Part shown: piece by piece, positions 62,458 through 64,000 of the stretch
Numbering within the stretch: the stretch's first letter is position 1
Layout: each line of letters begins with the position of its first letter
Assembly (NCBI GenBank): GCA_965206645.1
Contig: CBDBKE010000002.1
Span: forward strand, 512,001 to 576,000
Length of the DNA stretch: 64,000 bases
Reading direction: 5' to 3'
Source: Terriglobia bacterium
GTDB taxonomy: Bacteria; Acidobacteriota; Terriglobia; JAJPHL01; JAPKYU01
Notes under the pieces: model-generated
What the model was told of the DNA's origin: nothing
The model's database searches: none
Seen by the model: only the letters and a program-made list of their open reading frames with translations
Made by a program: the position numbers and the translations under genes

Positions 62458-63156
62458 TCACTCGGAGCGGCGGCGGGCGAGAGAGCCAGCCAGCAGGGCT
62501 CCAAGCGTGCTGAGCGCGAGGAAACTGAACAGATAGACGGTAGCTAGCATCACAAGCAGCACGGCGGCGCCGCCTGGCGAATTGATCAGCTCCTGGATTT
62601 GAGCCGCATCCTCGGGTTTCAGCATGGGCGCTGACCGCTCCAGGTTCTCCCGCAGGTAATCCAAAAACCCCAGAGTACTGCGCCGGATCAGGGCAAAGGA
62701 AACCATGGCCACCAGGGAAGCCACCAGGCAGCCGAAAAGGCCGCTTAGGGCTCCCAAGCGGGCTGCTTCGTTGGAAAAGGTTGTGCGGCCAAATTGCTTA
62801 TGAAAGAAGAAAACCGCCAGCGCCCCGCAGCCCAGCATCCACAGGCAAGCGCAGTTGCTGGTGCCGGGGACGCCCACCAGCGCGCCGGCGGCGACGGCAG
62901 CCCAGAACGCCGGGCCCACCATCTGCGGTCCGGAAACCGGCGCCACTCTCCAGCCTGGAGGTGCCGGAGCCACTTCCGGCTCCGGCGCGAGGACTGTCGA
63001 ATCCTGAGTGCTTGGGGATTCCTCCTCTGGCTGATCTTCGGAAGCCGCTGCGCTATCCGGCGGCTGTTCGGACGTCTTGAGCTTCTGTCCACAAATGGGG
63101 CAGAAATACGCAATCGCCGGCAATTCGGCGTCGCAATTGGGACAGCGTTCCATCAA
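62458..63156 (-). CDS. Zinc-ribbon membrane protein
   Basis: CPNC...FCPICG plus TM helices. Confidence 0.75.
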   Translation of the reverse strand: MMERCPNCDAELPAIAYFCPICGQKLKTSEQPPDSAAASEDQPEEESPSTQDSTVLAPEPEVAPAPPGWRVAPVSGPQMVGPAFWAAVAAGALVGVPGTSNCACLWMLGCGALAVFFFHKQFGRTTFSNEAARLGALSGLFGCLVASLVAMVSFALIRRSTLGFLDYLRENLERSAPMLKPEDAAQIQELINSPGGAAVLLVMLATVYLFSFLALSTLGALLAGSLARRRSE

Positions 63157-63635
63157 TTGGCGCGGCCCTGGGTGATCTCAGCCAGGGCAAGCTTGCTGCG
63201 CCGACGCCTCTGGCGGACCACAGCTTTCTTCCGTGATAGCCGCATAGCCTGAACCAGTTCCCCGTCGATGAACGGCGCGGCCGTTGCGCCAACCAGCAAA
63301 CCCACCAGTAGCCGCCCCATGGCCCAAGGCGGACGCAGCCCCAGCCACTCGCTGCCCACGTCGGCGGCCAGCAACAGGCTGGCCGCCGCCAGAGTCCGCG
63401 GCCGCGCCCGAAGCCTGATCAGCAGCGCCAGCACTGCTCCGGCATAAATGCCGAAGCAGCGCGCGCACACCGCCATGGGACCGCCCGCAAACCACAACGC
63501 CCGTTCCGTCTGCTGGTGGCACACCGTCTGGAACAACAGGTACACCCAGGCAGAATCGAGCAGCGATGCCAGGCCGGCCAACAACATCACAACCACGGCG
63601 CCGGCCAGCAGGACAATGTGGGGGGTGCGAATCAT
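63153..63635 (-). CDS. DUF2085-like membrane protein
   Basis: VCHQ..ER...MAVCARCFGIYAG. Confidence 0.82.
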   Translation of the reverse strand: MIRTPHIVLLAGAVVVMLLAGLASLLDSAWVYLLFQTVCHQQTERALWFAGGPMAVCARCFGIYAGAVLALLIRLRARPRTLAAASLLLAADVGSEWLGLRPPWAMGRLLVGLLVGATAAPFIDGELVQAMRLSRKKAVVRQRRRRSKLALAEITQGRAN

Positions 63636-63694
63636 GATTTACCGGCTGTCTGCTATACCGGAGCGCATTCTCCCAGACGATCAGGAAAAGAAGA

Positions 63695-64000
63695 TCAGGA
63701 AAACGCTGAAATCCCGGTGATTCTCTCGCCGATCGCCAGGGTGTGGATGTCGTGCGTGCCCTCGTAAGTCTTAACCGACTCCAGGTTGCACATATGCCGG
63801 AAGACGGGGTACTCGTCGCCGATGCCGGTGGCTCCGAGAATGTCACGAGCCAGGCGCGCCGTTTCCAGCGCCATTTCCACGTTGTTGCGCTTCAGCATGG
63901 AGATATGGGTGTGGTGGGCGCGGCGGGCGTCCTTCAGCCTTCCCACGTGCAGCGCCAGCAACTGCCCCTTGGTAATCTCGGTGATCATCCAGGCCAGCTT
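63695..64000 (-). CDS. Acyl-CoA dehydrogenase (glutaryl-CoA DH-like), C-terminal part
   Basis: [22 protein letters not shown]. Confidence 0.88.
   Translation of the reverse strand, partial: KLAWMITEITKGQLLALHVGRLKDARRAHHTHISMLKRNNVEMALETARLARDILGATGIGDEYPVFRHMCNLESVKTYEGTHDIHTLAIGERITGISAFS

Overview
High-GC bacterial chromosome window, probably Acidobacteriota (inferred from a TIGR03437-type C-terminal domain and the AMIN-PilQ/pilMNOP layout). Positions 1 to ~25.5 kb are one end of a genomic island anchored at tRNA-Pro(CGG) (25527-25603) by a tyrosine integrase. The island holds IS1380 and IS3 elements (some nested or scarred) and unrelated cargo modules: a 908-aa coiled-coil protein, GH65 plus beta-phosphoglucomutase, an IS-split secreted cysteine peptidase, a YeiH-cysteine dioxygenase fusion pseudogene and two B12 radical SAM genes. 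The main unexplained signal is that the module boundaries carry about ten 34-bp sites with a 14-6-14 symmetric layout, in two arm families that share 6-bp spacers. This suggests a site-specific cassette system that is neither an integron nor canonical dif (inference). Positions ~25.6-64 kb are core genes: thiE, accBC, pilMNOPQ with an internally shortened PilQ, 2-oxoacid dehydrogenase E1, udg, lipA, mdh, icd, glnE, ABC permeases, pcm, msrP, bshA, glnD and others.
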